Assembly: GCF_011045215.1 (NCBI RefSeq)
Contig: NZ_CP049201.1
Direction: 5' to 3' (one strand)
Source of the DNA: Escherichia coli
GTDB lineage: Bacteria > Pseudomonadota > Gammaproteobacteria > Enterobacterales > Enterobacteriaceae
DNA: 64,000 bases
Under the pieces are notes generated by a model. That model saw nothing but the letters and a program-made list of their open reading frames with translations, had not been told where the DNA came from and searched no databases. Positions 1 through 15,029 of this stretch are shown here, one piece after another (within the stretch, counting starts at the first letter, position 1; the number at the start of each line of letters is the position of its first letter). A program made the position numbers and the translations under genes.

Positions 1-202
1 TAATCAGTAAAGGAATTTGCTGATCGCGGGCAATCTTACATGCCGCATCGATAGTCGGCATAACCGCATTGCCTGCAAGGATCACGCAATCGGCCTGATA
101 CGGCACCTCACCGGAGAAATCATCCTGCGCCAGCCACTGTCCGATAACATTTATGGCATCTATGGTTGCCGTCGAAAGCGTCGGAAACGGGGTATTGTTC
201 AT
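1..202 (-). CDS. ydcF: DUF218-family protein YdcF, 5' portion (gene continues beyond window start)
   Basis: Minus-strand ATG at 200-202 preceded by AAGGAGG-like RBS; translation MNNTPFPTLSTATIDAINVIGQWLAQDDFSGEVPYQADCVILAGNAVMP... matches recalled E. coli YdcF N-terminus; absent from ORF track because truncated. Confidence 0.8.
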   Translation of the reverse strand, partial: MNNTPFPTLSTATIDAINVIGQWLAQDDFSGEVPYQADCVILAGNAVMPTIDAACKIARDQQIPLLI

Positions 203-414
203 GGTTCCTCCTTATCGTTCCCTTAAGAATACTGCGTGAGATAATAGTGAGAAGCGGAGCACTCTGAAAGGAGGAAGTCGTATTTCCTTAACCGCCACTC
301 CGCAAGCCTGACATATCTTTTAAGGAAATGCTGTAGATAAACATTATTCATCTTGCAGCAGAGAATTGTATTTTTCTGAATTCCTGAATTTTTGCCCTTA
401 CCGTTTTAGAATTA

Positions 415-450
415 ATAAAAAACCCGGCGCTAAATGCTTACCGGGTTTTA
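415..450 (-). terminator. Intrinsic terminator downstream of hrpA
   Basis: Stem CCCGG...CCGGG with flanking A-run/T-run about 25 nt after hrpA stop. Confidence 0.5.
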
Positions 451-473
451 GATTTATCAGGCAAATAGCAGGG

Positions 474-3400
474 TTAACCGCTAATCTGCTCCATCGCCTG
501 CAAAATACGCTTATCTGAAATCGGATAAGGCGTACCAAGTTGTTGAGCGAAGTAACTAACGCGCAACTCTTCTATCATCCAACGGATCTCTTTCACGTCT
601 TCATCCTCGCGACGTGCGGGCGGCAGTTTGTTGATCCATTGCTGCCACGCCTGCTGGACGTTTTCGACTTTCAGCATCTGTGCACGGTCGCGATGTGGAT
701 CAACCGCCAGTTTTTCCAGCCGTTTTTCAATCGCCTGCAAATAACGCAGCGTGTCGCCCAGCCGTTTGAAGCCGTTACCAGTCACAAAACCGCGATACAC
801 CAGCCCGCCCATCTGCGCTTTAATGTCAGAAAGCCCCAGCGCCATCGTCATATCCACCCGCCCTTTCAGACGTTTGTTGATATTGAACACTGCCGTAAGA
901 ATTTGCTCGACCTGCTTCGCAATATCCACCACCGTGTCATTCAGTTCGGCGCGCACTTTTTCATGCAGCGCAGCAAAGCCTTCTTCCGTCCAGACCGGGC
1001 CACCATTGGCGTCGATCAGTTGATCCACACCGCAGGAGATACAGTCGTCTATCAACTCCAGCACTTTGCCATACGGGTTAAAGTACAGTCCAAGCTTGGC
1101 TTTGTTTGGTAACTTCTCATGTAAATACTTGATCGGCGAGGGAATATTCAGCAGCAGTAGACGGCGAAGACCGTTCCACATTGCCTGTTTTTGCTCCAGC
1201 GGGTTATCAAACAGTTTGATCGCCACACTGTCGCGCTCATCCACCAGCGCCGGCCACGCCTTCACTTTGTAGTTACCACGCTTCTGTTCGTAGCTTTCCG
1301 GCAACTGACCAAAACTCCAGATATGTAAGCCGCTCTGCTCGATACCGTCATCCGCCACCGCAGATAGCGTTTCCTGCACTTTGCCTTTCAGCGCATCTTT
1401 CAGATCTTGTAGCGAGCGTCCTTCTTTTAGCTTCTTGTTTTTGTCATCCACCACGCGGAAGGTAATTTTCAGGTGATCGGGCACCTGATCCCAGTGCCAG
1501 TCTTCGCGGTCAACGGTAACGCCGGTCATCCGCCGTAACTCGCGCTCAAGGCTGTCGAGCAACGGTAACTCCAGCGGTTTGACGCGGCCTAAAAACGCTT
1601 CAGCGTAGTTTGGCGCGGGCACAAAATTACGGCGTACCGGTTTCGGCAACGATTTAATCAGAGCAATCACCAGTTCGCGGCGCAGACCGGGGATCTGCCA
1701 TTCAAACCCGCTTTCCTCAACCTGGTTAAGTAACGGCAGCGGAATATGTACGGTCACACCGTCAGCATCCGCGCCGGGCTCAAACTGATAGCTCAAACGC
1801 AGCTTGAGATTGCCCTGATGCCAGAAGTTCGGGTAATCCAGCTTGCTGATCTTTTCCGCCCCTTCTTTGATCAACATGCTCTTTTCAAAGTTGAGCAAAT
1901 CAGGCGTTTCGCGGCTGACTTTTTTCCACCAGCTGTCGAAGTGACGAGCGGAGATTACATCGTGGCTGATGCGCTGGTCGTAGAACTCAAACAGCGTTTC
2001 GTCATCAACCAGAATATCGCGGCGACGTGATTTGTGTTCAAGCTCTTCCACTTCGGCCCGCAGTTTCAGGTTTTCACGGAAGAATGCGTGACGCGTCTGC
2101 CAGTCACCTTCCACCAACGCGTGGCGAATAAAGAGTTCACGACATAACGCCGGATCGATCTGGCTGTAGTTGACCTTGCGCGCGGCAACAATCGGCAAAC
2201 CATAAACAGTGACTTTTTCCGTTGCCATCACCGCGCCCTGCGCCCGTTCCCAGTGCGGTTCGCTGTAGGTACGTTTAATCAAATGCTGAGCGACAGGCTC
2301 CACCCATTCCGGGTCGATACGCGCAGCAATGCGCCCCCACAGGCGGCTGGTTTCTACCAGTTCCGCCACCATTACCCATTTCGGCGGTTTTTTGAATAAA
2401 CCAGAACCGGGGAAGATGGAGAAACGCGCGTTACGTGCGCCGGTATATTCTTGTTTATCGGCATCTTTCATGCCGATATGGGAAAGCAAACCCGTCAGCA
2501 ACGCAATGTGAATTTCGCGATATTCCGCCGGTTCGCTGTTCACCGGAATGCCGAGTTCTTTCACCACCTGGCGCAACTGGGTGTAGATATCCTGCCATTC
2601 GCGCACGCGCAGATAGTTGAGATAATCGGTACGACACAGGCGACGGAAGGCGTTAGAAGAAAGCGCCTTTTGCTGCTCGCCAAGATAATTCCACAGATTT
2701 ACAAACGCGAGGAAGTCGGATTCTTTGTCGTGGAAGCGACGATGTTTTTCGTCCGATGCCTGCTGTTTGTCCATCGGACGTTCGCGCGGATCCTGAATGG
2801 AGAGCGCGGACGTGATAATCATCGCCTCACGCACGCAGCCATGTTTTTGCGCTTCCAGCACCATACGCGCCAGACGAGGGTCGACAGGCAACTGCGAGAG
2901 CTGGCGACCGAGCGGCGTCAGTTTATAGGCGCTGGCCTGTTCATCAGTGGTGATCGCGCCCAGCTCTTCGAGCAGACGCACGCCATCCTGGATATTGCGT
3001 TTATCCGGTGCTTCGACAAACGGGAACGCAGCGATATCGCCCAGCCCCAGCGCGGTCATCTGCAAAATAACCGAGGCCAGGTTGGTACGCAGAATCTCCG
3101 GATCGGTAAACTCCGGGCGCGAGAGGAAATCGTCTTCGGAATAGAGACGAATACAGATCCCTTCGGACACACGACCACAGCGGCCTTTACGCTGATTGGC
3201 AGACGCCTGGGAAATCGGCTCAATCGGCAAACGCTGCACTTTGGTGCGATAGCTGTAGCGGCTGATACGCGCCGTACCGGGGTCGATAACGTATTTAATC
3301 CCCGGTACGGTCAGCGAGGTTTCCGCGACGTTGGTCGCCAGCACAATGCGTCGCCCGCTGTGCGACTGGAACACGCGGTTCTGTTCGCTATTCGAAAGCC

Positions 3401-4376
3401 GCGCATAAAGCGGCAAGATTTCGGTATGGCGTAAGTTCAGCTTGTTCAGCGCATCGGCGGTATCGCGAATTTCCCGCTCGCCGCTCATAAAGATCAGAAT
3501 GTCGCCGGGGCTTTCCTGGCTTAGTTCGTCTACGGCGTCAAAAATCGCCTGCAACTGATCGCGCTCGGTGTCATCGGCTTCTTCAACAATCGGGCGATAG
3601 CGCACTTCCACCGGATAGGTCCGACCGGAGACTTCAATAATCGGCGCATTATTAAAGTGGCGCGAAAAGCGTTCCGGGTCGATAGTCGCGGAAGTGATAA
3701 TGATTTTTAGGTCAGGACGCCGCGGCAGCAACTCTTTCAAATAGCCGAGCAAAAAATCGATATTCAGGCTGCGTTCGTGCGCTTCGTCAATAATGATAGT
3801 GTCGTACTGCATCAGCAGGCGGTCTTGCTGGATCTCCGCCAGCAGGATACCGTCGGTCATCAGCTTGACCATCGTGTTATCACTTACGTGATCGCTGAAA
3901 CGCACTTTGTAACCGATGCAACCGCCCGGCTCCGTTTTCAGCTCTTCCGCAATACGGTTCGCTACCGTTCTTGCCGCCAGGCGACGCGGCTGGGTATGGC
4001 CGATCAGCCCTTTAATCCCGCGCCCCAGCTCCATACAGATTTTCGGTAACTGAGTCGTTTTACCAGAACCCGTTTCCCCGGCGACGATCACCACCTGGTG
4101 ATCACGAATCGCTTCGAGAATGTCCTGTTTTTTCTGACTAACCGGTAAATTGTCAGGATAAGTAATTTCCGGTCGTGCCGCTTCACGCAGCAGGACTTTC
4201 CCTGCCGCCTGGTCAATCTCTTTCGCCATCTCCTGGAAAATGGCCTGTTGTGCATCAGGATTTTTAACCTTCTTCACGCCGTGCAGACGGCGAGAAAAAC
4301 GCAGTCTGTCACGCAGCATCAGCGAATCCAGCCGCTGCTGCAAGGCCGTAAAGGTCAATTTTTGTTGTTCTGTCAT
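474..4376 (-). CDS. hrpA: ATP-dependent RNA helicase HrpA (DEAH-box)
   Basis: 1300-aa ORF; Walker A GETGSGKTTQ, DEAH box (IIIDEAHERS), helicase C-terminal motifs; matches recalled E. coli HrpA. Confidence 0.95.
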   Translation of the reverse strand: MTEQQKLTFTALQQRLDSLMLRDRLRFSRRLHGVKKVKNPDAQQAIFQEMAKEIDQAAGKVLLREAARPEITYPDNLPVSQKKQDILEAIRDHQVVIVAGETGSGKTTQLPKICMELGRGIKGLIGHTQPRRLAARTVANRIAEELKTEPGGCIGYKVRFSDHVSDNTMVKLMTDGILLAEIQQDRLLMQYDTIIIDEAHERSLNIDFLLGYLKELLPRRPDLKIIITSATIDPERFSRHFNNAPIIEVSGRTYPVEVRYRPIVEEADDTERDQLQAIFDAVDELSQESPGDILIFMSGEREIRDTADALNKLNLRHTEILPLYARLSNSEQNRVFQSHSGRRIVLATNVAETSLTVPGIKYVIDPGTARISRYSYRTKVQRLPIEPISQASANQRKGRCGRVSEGICIRLYSEDDFLSRPEFTDPEILRTNLASVILQMTALGLGDIAAFPFVEAPDKRNIQDGVRLLEELGAITTDEQASAYKLTPLGRQLSQLPVDPRLARMVLEAQKHGCVREAMIITSALSIQDPRERPMDKQQASDEKHRRFHDKESDFLAFVNLWNYLGEQQKALSSNAFRRLCRTDYLNYLRVREWQDIYTQLRQVVKELGIPVNSEPAEYREIHIALLTGLLSHIGMKDADKQEYTGARNARFSIFPGSGLFKKPPKWVMVAELVETSRLWGRIAARIDPEWVEPVAQHLIKRTYSEPHWERAQGAVMATEKVTVYGLPIVAARKVNYSQIDPALCRELFIRHALVEGDWQTRHAFFRENLKLRAEVEELEHKSRRRDILVDDETLFEFYDQRISHDVISARHFDSWWKKVSRETPDLLNFEKSMLIKEGAEKISKLDYPNFWHQGNLKLRLSYQFEPGADADGVTVHIPLPLLNQVEESGFEWQIPGLRRELVIALIKSLPKPVRRNFVPAPNYAEAFLGRVKPLELPLLDSLERELRRMTGVTVDREDWHWDQVPDHLKITFRVVDDKNKKLKEGRSLQDLKDALKGKVQETLSAVADDGIEQSGLHIWSFGQLPESYEQKRGNYKVKAWPALVDERDSVAIKLFDNPLEQKQAMWNGLRRLLLLNIPSPIKYLHEKLPNKAKLGLYFNPYGKVLELIDDCISCGVDQLIDANGGPVWTEEGFAALHEKVRAELNDTVVDIAKQVEQILTAVFNINKRLKGRVDMTMALGLSDIKAQMGGLVYRGFVTGNGFKRLGDTLRYLQAIEKRLEKLAVDPHRDRAQMLKVENVQQAWQQWINKLPPARREDEDVKEIRWMIEELRVSYFAQQLGTPYPISDKRILQAMEQISG

Positions 4377-4567
4377 AACGTTAGTGGGCAGTAGTCTGCC
4401 TGATTAATTTTCTTTGAAATGATAGATATAGAGTACCACATCGCGGCTTTCTATGCGTTGTTCAATAAATTCGAACATAGGCTTCGATTTATTGCGCTAT
4501 CTCTGTGGCAGGATTGTGAATAAAGTGTCAACAAGCAACGGGGCATCGCCCATTCAAATATCTATAA

Positions 4568-5182
<615 letters not shown>

Positions 5183-5196
5183 CCGGACACGATCTT

Positions 5197-5223
5197 GATG
5201 TGGACTGTAGTTCAGTCCACATC
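5197..5223. terminator. Inverted repeat between convergent azoR and ynbD (terminator-like)
   Basis: GATGTGGACTG-tagtt-CAGTCCACATC perfect 11-bp stem; weak T-run so function uncertain. Confidence 0.4.
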
Positions 5224-5232
5224 TCAATCCAC

Positions 5233-8296
<3,064 letters not shown>

Positions 8297-8311
8297 TTTC
8301 TCTATTTTCCT

Positions 8312-9208
8312 TCAGTAACAGCAGTAGCGAATAAAATAAAAAAATACCGGAGCGGTGAAAATTAATGAGTCAATCCTGTCAAGGAGTCCGCCATGTCCTG
8401 GTAATAGTTTTCCGCTATCTTTAACACCCACATCTCGTTTGACGGCTGACATCACTGCATCGCCGCAAAAACCACTAATACCAATTAACAAACCCGCTAA
8501 TAATGCCTGTAATGTATTTAGCGGTGTCAGCAACGGTCCAATAATCAGTGACGCAATCATGGTGGTGATTACGCCCCCCACCAGACCTTCCAGCGTTTTT
8601 CCCGGGCTGACTCTGGGGACCACTTTTCTTCTGCCGCAGGATTTCCCCCATAAATACTGTGCAATATCGTTTGACTCTGTTAACGCCAAAAGAAATAACA
8701 CCAGTAACGCCCCGCCCTGGGTATTTGTGGTTGTCAACATTAATAACCAGGCGGCATGACTCAAGGCGAAAACGGTCATTATCCAGCCCCAAAAAATGGC
8801 GCTCACGGTATGCAGAAAACCGGAGGTATCACCTACTAAAACTCGCCAGGTGGTTAATATCAGAAACCCAGCCAAAGGTATAAATAACAGAAACAGCTCA
8901 AAGCAATTAAAACCGATAAGCAAATAGTTAAGAGGAATAACCCAATATAACCAACGCGGAAAATGTACGGATATAAGCGTACAATATTCTTTCAATGCCA
9001 GAAAACTTATCAGCGCAAAAAACGTCAACGTCATCCAGCGTGGACCTGAAATCACCAGTGAAAAACAAATGACGATACCCCACCAGGTACGAATACGTAG
9101 TGTAACTTCATCCCCTTTTCTCTCCGGTAACCGCCATACCCGAAAACGGTTTATCAGCGTTGCTAAAATTAACAACGCGAAAAGTGTTGCCAGAGATTTT
9201 TCCAGCAT
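8312..9208 (-). CDS. ynbB: CDP-diglyceride synthetase-like integral membrane protein YnbB
   Basis: 298-aa polytopic membrane protein, CdsA-like C-terminal region; synteny. Confidence 0.85.
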   Translation of the reverse strand: MLEKSLATLFALLILATLINRFRVWRLPERKGDEVTLRIRTWWGIVICFSLVISGPRWMTLTFFALISFLALKEYCTLISVHFPRWLYWVIPLNYLLIGFNCFELFLLFIPLAGFLILTTWRVLVGDTSGFLHTVSAIFWGWIMTVFALSHAAWLLMLTTTNTQGGALLVLFLLALTESNDIAQYLWGKSCGRRKVVPRVSPGKTLEGLVGGVITTMIASLIIGPLLTPLNTLQALLAGLLIGISGFCGDAVMSAVKRDVGVKDSGKLLPGHGGLLDRIDSLIFTAPVFFYFIRYCCY

Positions 9209-9813
9209 TATCTTTCAGCACTCATCAGGAGCACACTCCGACAACGATTAATCGCAGTCCAGAGAAGCAGAATTGAAGCAATGCTCCATAAAAGATTATT
9301 CCATTGCATCCACTGTGGATAAATGGCAACGGCCAGCCCCCACAACCCAAATATTAACGCGCGATCGCTTTTGCCAAAAGGACCGACATAACTACGAATA
9401 CCGTTAATCGTCTGCGCGAGTAAACCGCAAAACTCAGTCAATATGGTGCAAAATAACATGAGTATTACGAGTGATGCGTTACTTTCCGGTAAAAATAAAA
9501 ACGGTAAATAGAGCGCAATATCGGAAATAACATCGCCAGTTTCATTTAAAATCGCCCCCAGACGTGTTTGCTGATTGCACTCACGCGCCAACATGCCATC
9601 CAGCGCATTGAGTGCCATACGGATAAAAAGCACGATGGGCAATAGCAAAAAGAGGATGGGTTGTGCGACCAACATCAACAGCAATCCGGTAATAAGAGAA
9701 AGCGCCAGTGCAGCAAGAGTGATGTGATTCGCTGTAACATGGTGCTTATAAAGCCAAAACATCGTCGGCCTTAACAGCGACTGAAAGAGCGGTTTTATCT
9801 GGTAGAGCGTCAT
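9208..9813 (-). CDS. ynbA: CDP-alcohol phosphatidyltransferase-family protein YnbA
   Basis: Signature D-G-x2-A-R-x8-G-x3-D-x3-D visible (NALDGMLARECNQQTRLGAILNETGDVISDIALY); start taken at MTLYQIK. Confidence 0.88.
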   Translation of the reverse strand: MTLYQIKPLFQSLLRPTMFWLYKHHVTANHITLAALALSLITGLLLMLVAQPILFLLLPIVLFIRMALNALDGMLARECNQQTRLGAILNETGDVISDIALYLPFLFLPESNASLVILMLFCTILTEFCGLLAQTINGIRSYVGPFGKSDRALIFGLWGLAVAIYPQWMQWNNLLWSIASILLLWTAINRCRSVLLMSAER

Positions 9814-9983
9814 TATCAATCCTTGATAATTCGGTTTGCGCTATGGTGCATCAATTCCCCTGACGGAGATATCGCAACACGACGCTTCATTAAAAATTCA
9901 GAATATATCAAGGTATTGGGGACTCACTGTCAGGAATGATTATCCCCAATAAATCAAGTGGTTAAAAATTATTACACTGTTAT

Positions 9984-12290
9984 TCAATACAACTCATCAA
10001 GTTTTCTCATCGCTTGTTCCCGTATTGCGCGCGTCTTACCGTTAAGCGCCAGCTGGCGAACTAAATCCAGTTCAGGGTTAACAAGCTCTAACGCCAGCAA
10101 AGGATCACGTTTCAGCCTCGCCTTTAATACATCAACTGGAAAACGGGGATTATTCATCGCCACAATCCACCACTCGGGATCAATTTCTGCCGCCAGTACT
10201 GCAGGCGGTGTGTGGCGGTTGTTAAGTGCGCCGAACTTGAAAAATGTGAGATTGCTTTTCGCCAGTGTACTCCACCATATACGATCCGGTTGTTTTGCCA
10301 GTACATCCAGTTGTGCTAACGCATCGGGGTCTAGTGCATAATAAACACGTAACGCTTCGTTAACCTGCGCACGGGAACTGTTTTCCTGCCTCAGAAAAAA
10401 CTTCGCCCAAATATCATTGCGTGGCGTGTTTTGCTGTAATTCCTTGAGAACAACAGCGGGTAAATTATCCCAACTAATTAATGCACTCTCTAAAAAGTCC
10501 CAGTCGTCCGAACGTATCAGAGAGGTGGCATTTAATAGCATCTGGTCATCAACTTCACCGTAGCTGATAAGCTCAGACAAAATCATATCAGCGCTGGTTT
10601 CATATGCATCTGAATCTGCTTTGGGATTATTTTTCCGATGCGATAAAGCACGTTGCCAAATTTTTTGTTTCATCGACGTGCTCAGATACTGATTTTTCGC
10701 CAGATTACTCCACCCCTCAGGATCGTTGAAACGTGTCAATAACCGTTGTAAAGCAGCGTCAGAGTGAATTATTTGCATATCCCGACAGCAAAAGTAGGCA
10801 GGGGATTTTTTCTCCATCCTTTTAACAAAATTAAACTGTAAGTTATCTGGCAACGCTAAAAATAACGCACCTATTAGATCATCGTCATTCTCGAATTTTT
10901 GGTATAAATATACTGCTATTTTGTCACTCTCTTGTGGCGTCATCCGCAACAATTGACCATGGTGTTTCATCTCTGCCAGCTTTAACGCTAAGCTTGTGAC
11001 AACATCGTTTGATGAATCGTTCGCCAACTGCATTGCCTGATTGTAGGTGAGTTGTCCTCCAGCACCGACCTGACGAATAGAGGAATCATCACTGCGGATA
11101 TAGCCATCAATAATGGATTCGGGCAATAACCACGCATCTTTATAAAGCTCCTGAATGATCATATCCCAATCTCTTTTCGCCAGAGTCATGACGATATCCA
11201 GAGGGAGATTTTCACGTAGCGCAAGATTCAACGGACCGACACCATCAGGTAGATGACTCATTCGCGTCATTATTTCGACAGAGAGCGGTTCACGGTCGAG
11301 CACCCCCAGAACAACAGGCTGGTAACCCAATTGCTGATCGGTCAACTCCAGAATCTCATTGTCAGGCATATATCTCGCCATACTTTCAATCGTTTGTCCA
11401 TCATTGCTATTAATAAGTTGTTTGCGTAGGTTAGCTGAAATTCCTTTAAGCCTTGGGAGAGTTCGCATTATGGCAAGATCAAATGTCGCAATATCTCGTC
11501 CTTCAAATGCAGCAACGTTGCCTTCATCCAGCATTTGCAATTCCTGCACTAACTCAGGAGAAGGCTTAGGGCGAAACAGCGCTTCTTTTTTCATCTGATT
11601 ACAGACATTCCCTGCCATGCGAATATTGCTTCGCTTAAAAATTTCTTTCAGAGCATCTTCATCATTTATTAGACCCCAATAATATGCATCAGGATTTATT
11701 ATCATCAGCGCTTTTTTGACATTTTCAGTGTCATTTTTGTCACTCGCACGGACCATGAATTCACTATTTGTCGAAGACGCAACAACAGGTGCAATTATGT
11801 CATTGATAAATATCCCACGCGCATTAATACTCCCCTTAATCGTAGACGGATTATCGTAATATGAGTCGATAAATACCAGTCCACTTGCATTTATCGAACC
11901 GGTAATTAACAGTGGTGAATCCGTAACTATATTCGTTGCCGTCACGTTACCGAGAATAACCCATGGATTAGAAAGAGAGAAAGTGGAAATATTACCTTTG
12001 ACTGTCAAATTGCCAAGAACAATCAATTTTTGATTACTCTCTATATTACCTTCTACCACTAAATCGCCACGATGCACTTTCCAGTCCGATGCAGATAAAC
12101 CGAAGGGGACAAGATTCACGCTACTGTTGATAGCTTGTTCAACTTGTTGTTTATCTTCAGCGGTAGCCGCAGAAAAAAATGGTTCTATATCAACTGCATT
12201 TGCAACACATCGAAGTTCCGCCTGTACTGGAAGACTCAGCATAAACAGGGGAAGTAAACCTATCCAGCTGCAAATCCTGGGCTTAAACAT
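9984..12290 (-). CDS. ydbD: Secreted protein of unknown function YdbD
   Basis: About 768 aa with N-terminal signal peptide (MFKPRICSWIGLLPLFMLSLPVQA); synteny. Confidence 0.85.
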   Translation of the reverse strand: MFKPRICSWIGLLPLFMLSLPVQAELRCVANAVDIEPFFSAATAEDKQQVEQAINSSVNLVPFGLSASDWKVHRGDLVVEGNIESNQKLIVLGNLTVKGNISTFSLSNPWVILGNVTATNIVTDSPLLITGSINASGLVFIDSYYDNPSTIKGSINARGIFINDIIAPVVASSTNSEFMVRASDKNDTENVKKALMIINPDAYYWGLINDEDALKEIFKRSNIRMAGNVCNQMKKEALFRPKPSPELVQELQMLDEGNVAAFEGRDIATFDLAIMRTLPRLKGISANLRKQLINSNDGQTIESMARYMPDNEILELTDQQLGYQPVVLGVLDREPLSVEIMTRMSHLPDGVGPLNLALRENLPLDIVMTLAKRDWDMIIQELYKDAWLLPESIIDGYIRSDDSSIRQVGAGGQLTYNQAMQLANDSSNDVVTSLALKLAEMKHHGQLLRMTPQESDKIAVYLYQKFENDDDLIGALFLALPDNLQFNFVKRMEKKSPAYFCCRDMQIIHSDAALQRLLTRFNDPEGWSNLAKNQYLSTSMKQKIWQRALSHRKNNPKADSDAYETSADMILSELISYGEVDDQMLLNATSLIRSDDWDFLESALISWDNLPAVVLKELQQNTPRNDIWAKFFLRQENSSRAQVNEALRVYYALDPDALAQLDVLAKQPDRIWWSTLAKSNLTFFKFGALNNRHTPPAVLAAEIDPEWWIVAMNNPRFPVDVLKARLKRDPLLALELVNPELDLVRQLALNGKTRAIREQAMRKLDELY

Positions 12291-12353
12291 ATGCACTCCA
12301 TGCCATTAAAAAAGAAACAAAAGGGAAATGCATCTTTCCCTTTTGTATATTCG

Positions 12354-13214
12354 TTATTCTCGCGAAATACCATCCAACGTAGACAACACTTCCTCAGAAA
12401 GATGCAATTTTTCAGCAGCCATATTCTCCCGTAAATGCGCAACAGAAGACGTCCCTGGGATCAGCAAAATATTCGGTGAACGTTGTAACAGCCACGCCAG
12501 CGCCACCTGCATGGGTGTTGCACCCAGGCTCGCTGCAACATCGGAAAGCGTGGCGGATTGCAGCGGTGTAAAGCCCCCGAGCGGGAAGAACGGCACGTAG
12601 GCAATGCCATCGTGGGCCAAAGCATCAATCATTGCATCATCAGCACGGTGCGCGATGTTGTATTCGTTTTGCACACAGACAATTTCGGCAATCTTGCGCG
12701 CCTCTGCAACCTGCGTCGGTGTGACGTTGCTTAGGCCAATATGTTTTACCAGGCCTTGTTGTTGCATCTCTGCCAGCACGGTCAGGCTGGCTTCAATCGA
12801 TCCTTCCGCCGGGCCATGACCATCCCCCATCATCACGCGCAGGTTAACCACATCCAGTACGTCCAGGCCGAGATTACGTAGATTATCGTGTACCGCTTTT
12901 TGCAGCTCTGCCGGAGAAAATGCGGGCAACCAGGATGCGTCCTCTCCACGCCGCGCACCAATTTTAGTGACAATTGTCAGGTCGTCAGAGTAAGGATAAA
13001 GCGCTTCGCGGATAATCTGATTGGTGACGTGCGGACCATAAAAGTCGCTGGTATCAATGTGATTGACGCCCAATGCCAGCGCCTCACGCAGCACGGTTAT
13101 AGCGACGTGACGATCTCTTGGGGGGCCAAAAACCCCAGGACCTGCCAGTTGCATCGCGCCATAACCAAGACGGTTAACGGATTTTGTACCGAGAGTAAAT
13201 GTGTTGCTGCTCAT
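12354..13214 (-). CDS. ydbC: Aldo-keto reductase YdbC
   Basis: 286 aa; AKR-family features (GxxxxD, NHIDTSDFYG); synteny. Confidence 0.9.
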   Translation of the reverse strand: MSSNTFTLGTKSVNRLGYGAMQLAGPGVFGPPRDRHVAITVLREALALGVNHIDTSDFYGPHVTNQIIREALYPYSDDLTIVTKIGARRGEDASWLPAFSPAELQKAVHDNLRNLGLDVLDVVNLRVMMGDGHGPAEGSIEASLTVLAEMQQQGLVKHIGLSNVTPTQVAEARKIAEIVCVQNEYNIAHRADDAMIDALAHDGIAYVPFFPLGGFTPLQSATLSDVAASLGATPMQVALAWLLQRSPNILLIPGTSSVAHLRENMAAEKLHLSEEVLSTLDGISRE

Positions 13215-13368
13215 CGCACCCTGCCCTGTAATAAAACGGATTAAGAAAAATCAGTATAGAAATGAATAGAGATAAATAATGCGAGGGCGTAAACAAGATT
13301 ACTGGATGAGTTGCTCTATTGTCCTGAAAGACACCAAAACAAAACGCGTCAAGTACCGCATCCGGCAA

Positions 13369-13402
13369 TAAAAAACCGCAACCTGTATCAGCGTTGCGGT
13401 TT
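13369..13402 (-). terminator. Intrinsic terminator after paaY (end of paa cluster)
   Basis: A-run, CCGCAAC...GTTGCGG stem, T-run; symmetric so potentially bidirectional. Confidence 0.6.
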
Positions 13403-13444
13403 AGGTATCACCTGCTAAAAATTAGAACATTCAGCATCAGGACG

Positions 13445-14035
13445 TTACTGTTTCGGTCGCAGATCCTCATCAAATACCAGGCGCTTTCTGCCAGGTTCAA
13501 CTTCCCGCAATGGCTCGACTTGATGCAACGTCTGCTTACAGCGTGTCACCAGCACCTGATACTCATGCGTGCCCTGCTTTTTCCATGCCAGTTCTTGCTC
13601 ACTAAGTTCACGAATCGCTTTGGCCGGGCTGCCGACAATCAGGTAATTAGCAGGCATTTCTGCTTTGGCTTTCACAAATGCGGATGCGCCAACAATGCTG
13701 TTCTCGCCAATCACCGCACCGTCCATCACTACCGCGTTCATTCCCACTAATGCATTGCGGCGGATAATGCAGCCGTGAAGAATAGCGCTATGACCAATAT
13801 GTCCATCTTCTTCAACGACTGTATCCTGCTCGGGAAAACCGTGCATAACGCAATTATCCTGAATGTTCGCGCCATCTTTCACCACGATACGACCAAAATC
13901 GCCACGCAGGCTGGCATTGGGTCCAACGTAAACACCCTTGCCGAGAATAACATCGCCGATCAATACCGATGTCGGATGAACAAAACTCTCTTCTGGTACA
14001 ACCGGAGTCAGACCGTCTATCTGGTAAATTGGCAT
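13445..14035 (-). CDS. paaY: Hexapeptide-repeat (left-handed beta-helix) protein PaaY
   Basis: 196 aa; gamma-carbonic-anhydrase-like hexapeptide repeats; last gene of paa cluster. Confidence 0.92.
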   Translation of the reverse strand: MPIYQIDGLTPVVPEESFVHPTSVLIGDVILGKGVYVGPNASLRGDFGRIVVKDGANIQDNCVMHGFPEQDTVVEEDGHIGHSAILHGCIIRRNALVGMNAVVMDGAVIGENSIVGASAFVKAKAEMPANYLIVGSPAKAIRELSEQELAWKKQGTHEYQVLVTRCKQTLHQVEPLREVEPGRKRLVFDEDLRPKQ

Positions 14036-14967
14036 AACGCCTCCTGTTCAATGTTCAAACCGCCAAAACGTTGAAAATACAGGCTACCCGGCGCAGGCAG
14101 TTCACCGACCGAGGTTTCACCTTTTTCACTAACGAACGCTAAAGCGGCAGGCGCTACGCGCTGATAAATGTTGATACACAGCTGACGCGCCGTATGCCCT
14201 GCCCAGTGTGCCGGAAGCAACTCCTCCGGCAACAATGGGTCTTTAAGGACGACACGGCGATAAAAATGGATCAGTAAAAGCTGAATATGAAATGCACGCT
14301 CCGGGGTTAACTCGTCTGCCGCCTCTTTTAACAGCGGCACCAGCGGGCGGAATGACTGAATAAAGGTTTCGTACATGGCATTTTGTTCAGTTAAATGCCA
14401 GCACTCTTCTACTCTGGCACGCAGTGCTGCACGAGAAAGCGCCAGTGGTATTTGCGCTTCAAAACAAATTACGTTATCCGCCACACCCGCTTCATGCAAA
14501 AGTGTCTGTACATCGGCCAGTTTTTGCGACGGCGATGCCATCAGGCTGGGTGCCAGTGCGCCAAAACCTTGCCAAATCAACTGCTTTTTGACATCAGCCA
14601 GCGTCGTTTTATCTAAACCTTCCGAGAGCAACAGGAGCCATTTACCATCCCATGCAGGTTGCTCTGCGCGATAGATTTTACTTTCTGCCCGTCGCGTCAG
14701 GCGCAAGCCTTTATCACTGAGGCTATAGAAACTGCGTCGCCCGATGCGGGAAACATCCAGCCAGCCTTCTTTATTAAGACGAAACAAAGCGGTGCGGACG
14801 AAACGCTCACCAAATCCCAGCCCTTCCAGCAAAGCCGCCAGACTACCCAGCCAGATTTCACCACCACGATGGGAAAGCGAATCACCATACAGAGAGGAGA
14901 TCAGTGATGTGCCACTGACAGGAACAGCGTTGACAGCATGTTGGATAAAAGTATCAAGTTTACTCAT
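14017..14967 (-). CDS. paaX: Phenylacetyl-CoA-responsive transcriptional repressor PaaX
   Basis: 316 aa; matches recalled PaaX; position upstream of paaY. Confidence 0.93.
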   Translation of the reverse strand: MSKLDTFIQHAVNAVPVSGTSLISSLYGDSLSHRGGEIWLGSLAALLEGLGFGERFVRTALFRLNKEGWLDVSRIGRRSFYSLSDKGLRLTRRAESKIYRAEQPAWDGKWLLLLSEGLDKTTLADVKKQLIWQGFGALAPSLMASPSQKLADVQTLLHEAGVADNVICFEAQIPLALSRAALRARVEECWHLTEQNAMYETFIQSFRPLVPLLKEAADELTPERAFHIQLLLIHFYRRVVLKDPLLPEELLPAHWAGHTARQLCINIYQRVAPAALAFVSEKGETSVGELPAPGSLYFQRFGGLNIEQEALCQFTR

Positions 14968-15029
14968 TCGATTCAGTCTGTTGTTATTGTTGTGATTTAT
15001 GAATCATAGCACAGGTCGTATCGACTTCT

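Noticed and set aside
17-226. 69-aa plus-strand ORF at window start
   Set aside because: Antisense to the clearly coding ydcF 5' end on the minus strand (good RBS, conserved N-terminus); likely a spurious frame
540-4049. Several plus-strand ORFs (e.g. 540-1112, 2451-3434, 3777-4049) inside hrpA
   Set aside because: All lie antisense within the 1300-aa hrpA reading frame, which has unambiguous helicase motifs; no independent support
8355-8792. ORFs antisense to or alternate-frame within ynbB
   Set aside because: Overlap a membrane-protein gene with consistent hydrophobic periodicity; no RBS/start context
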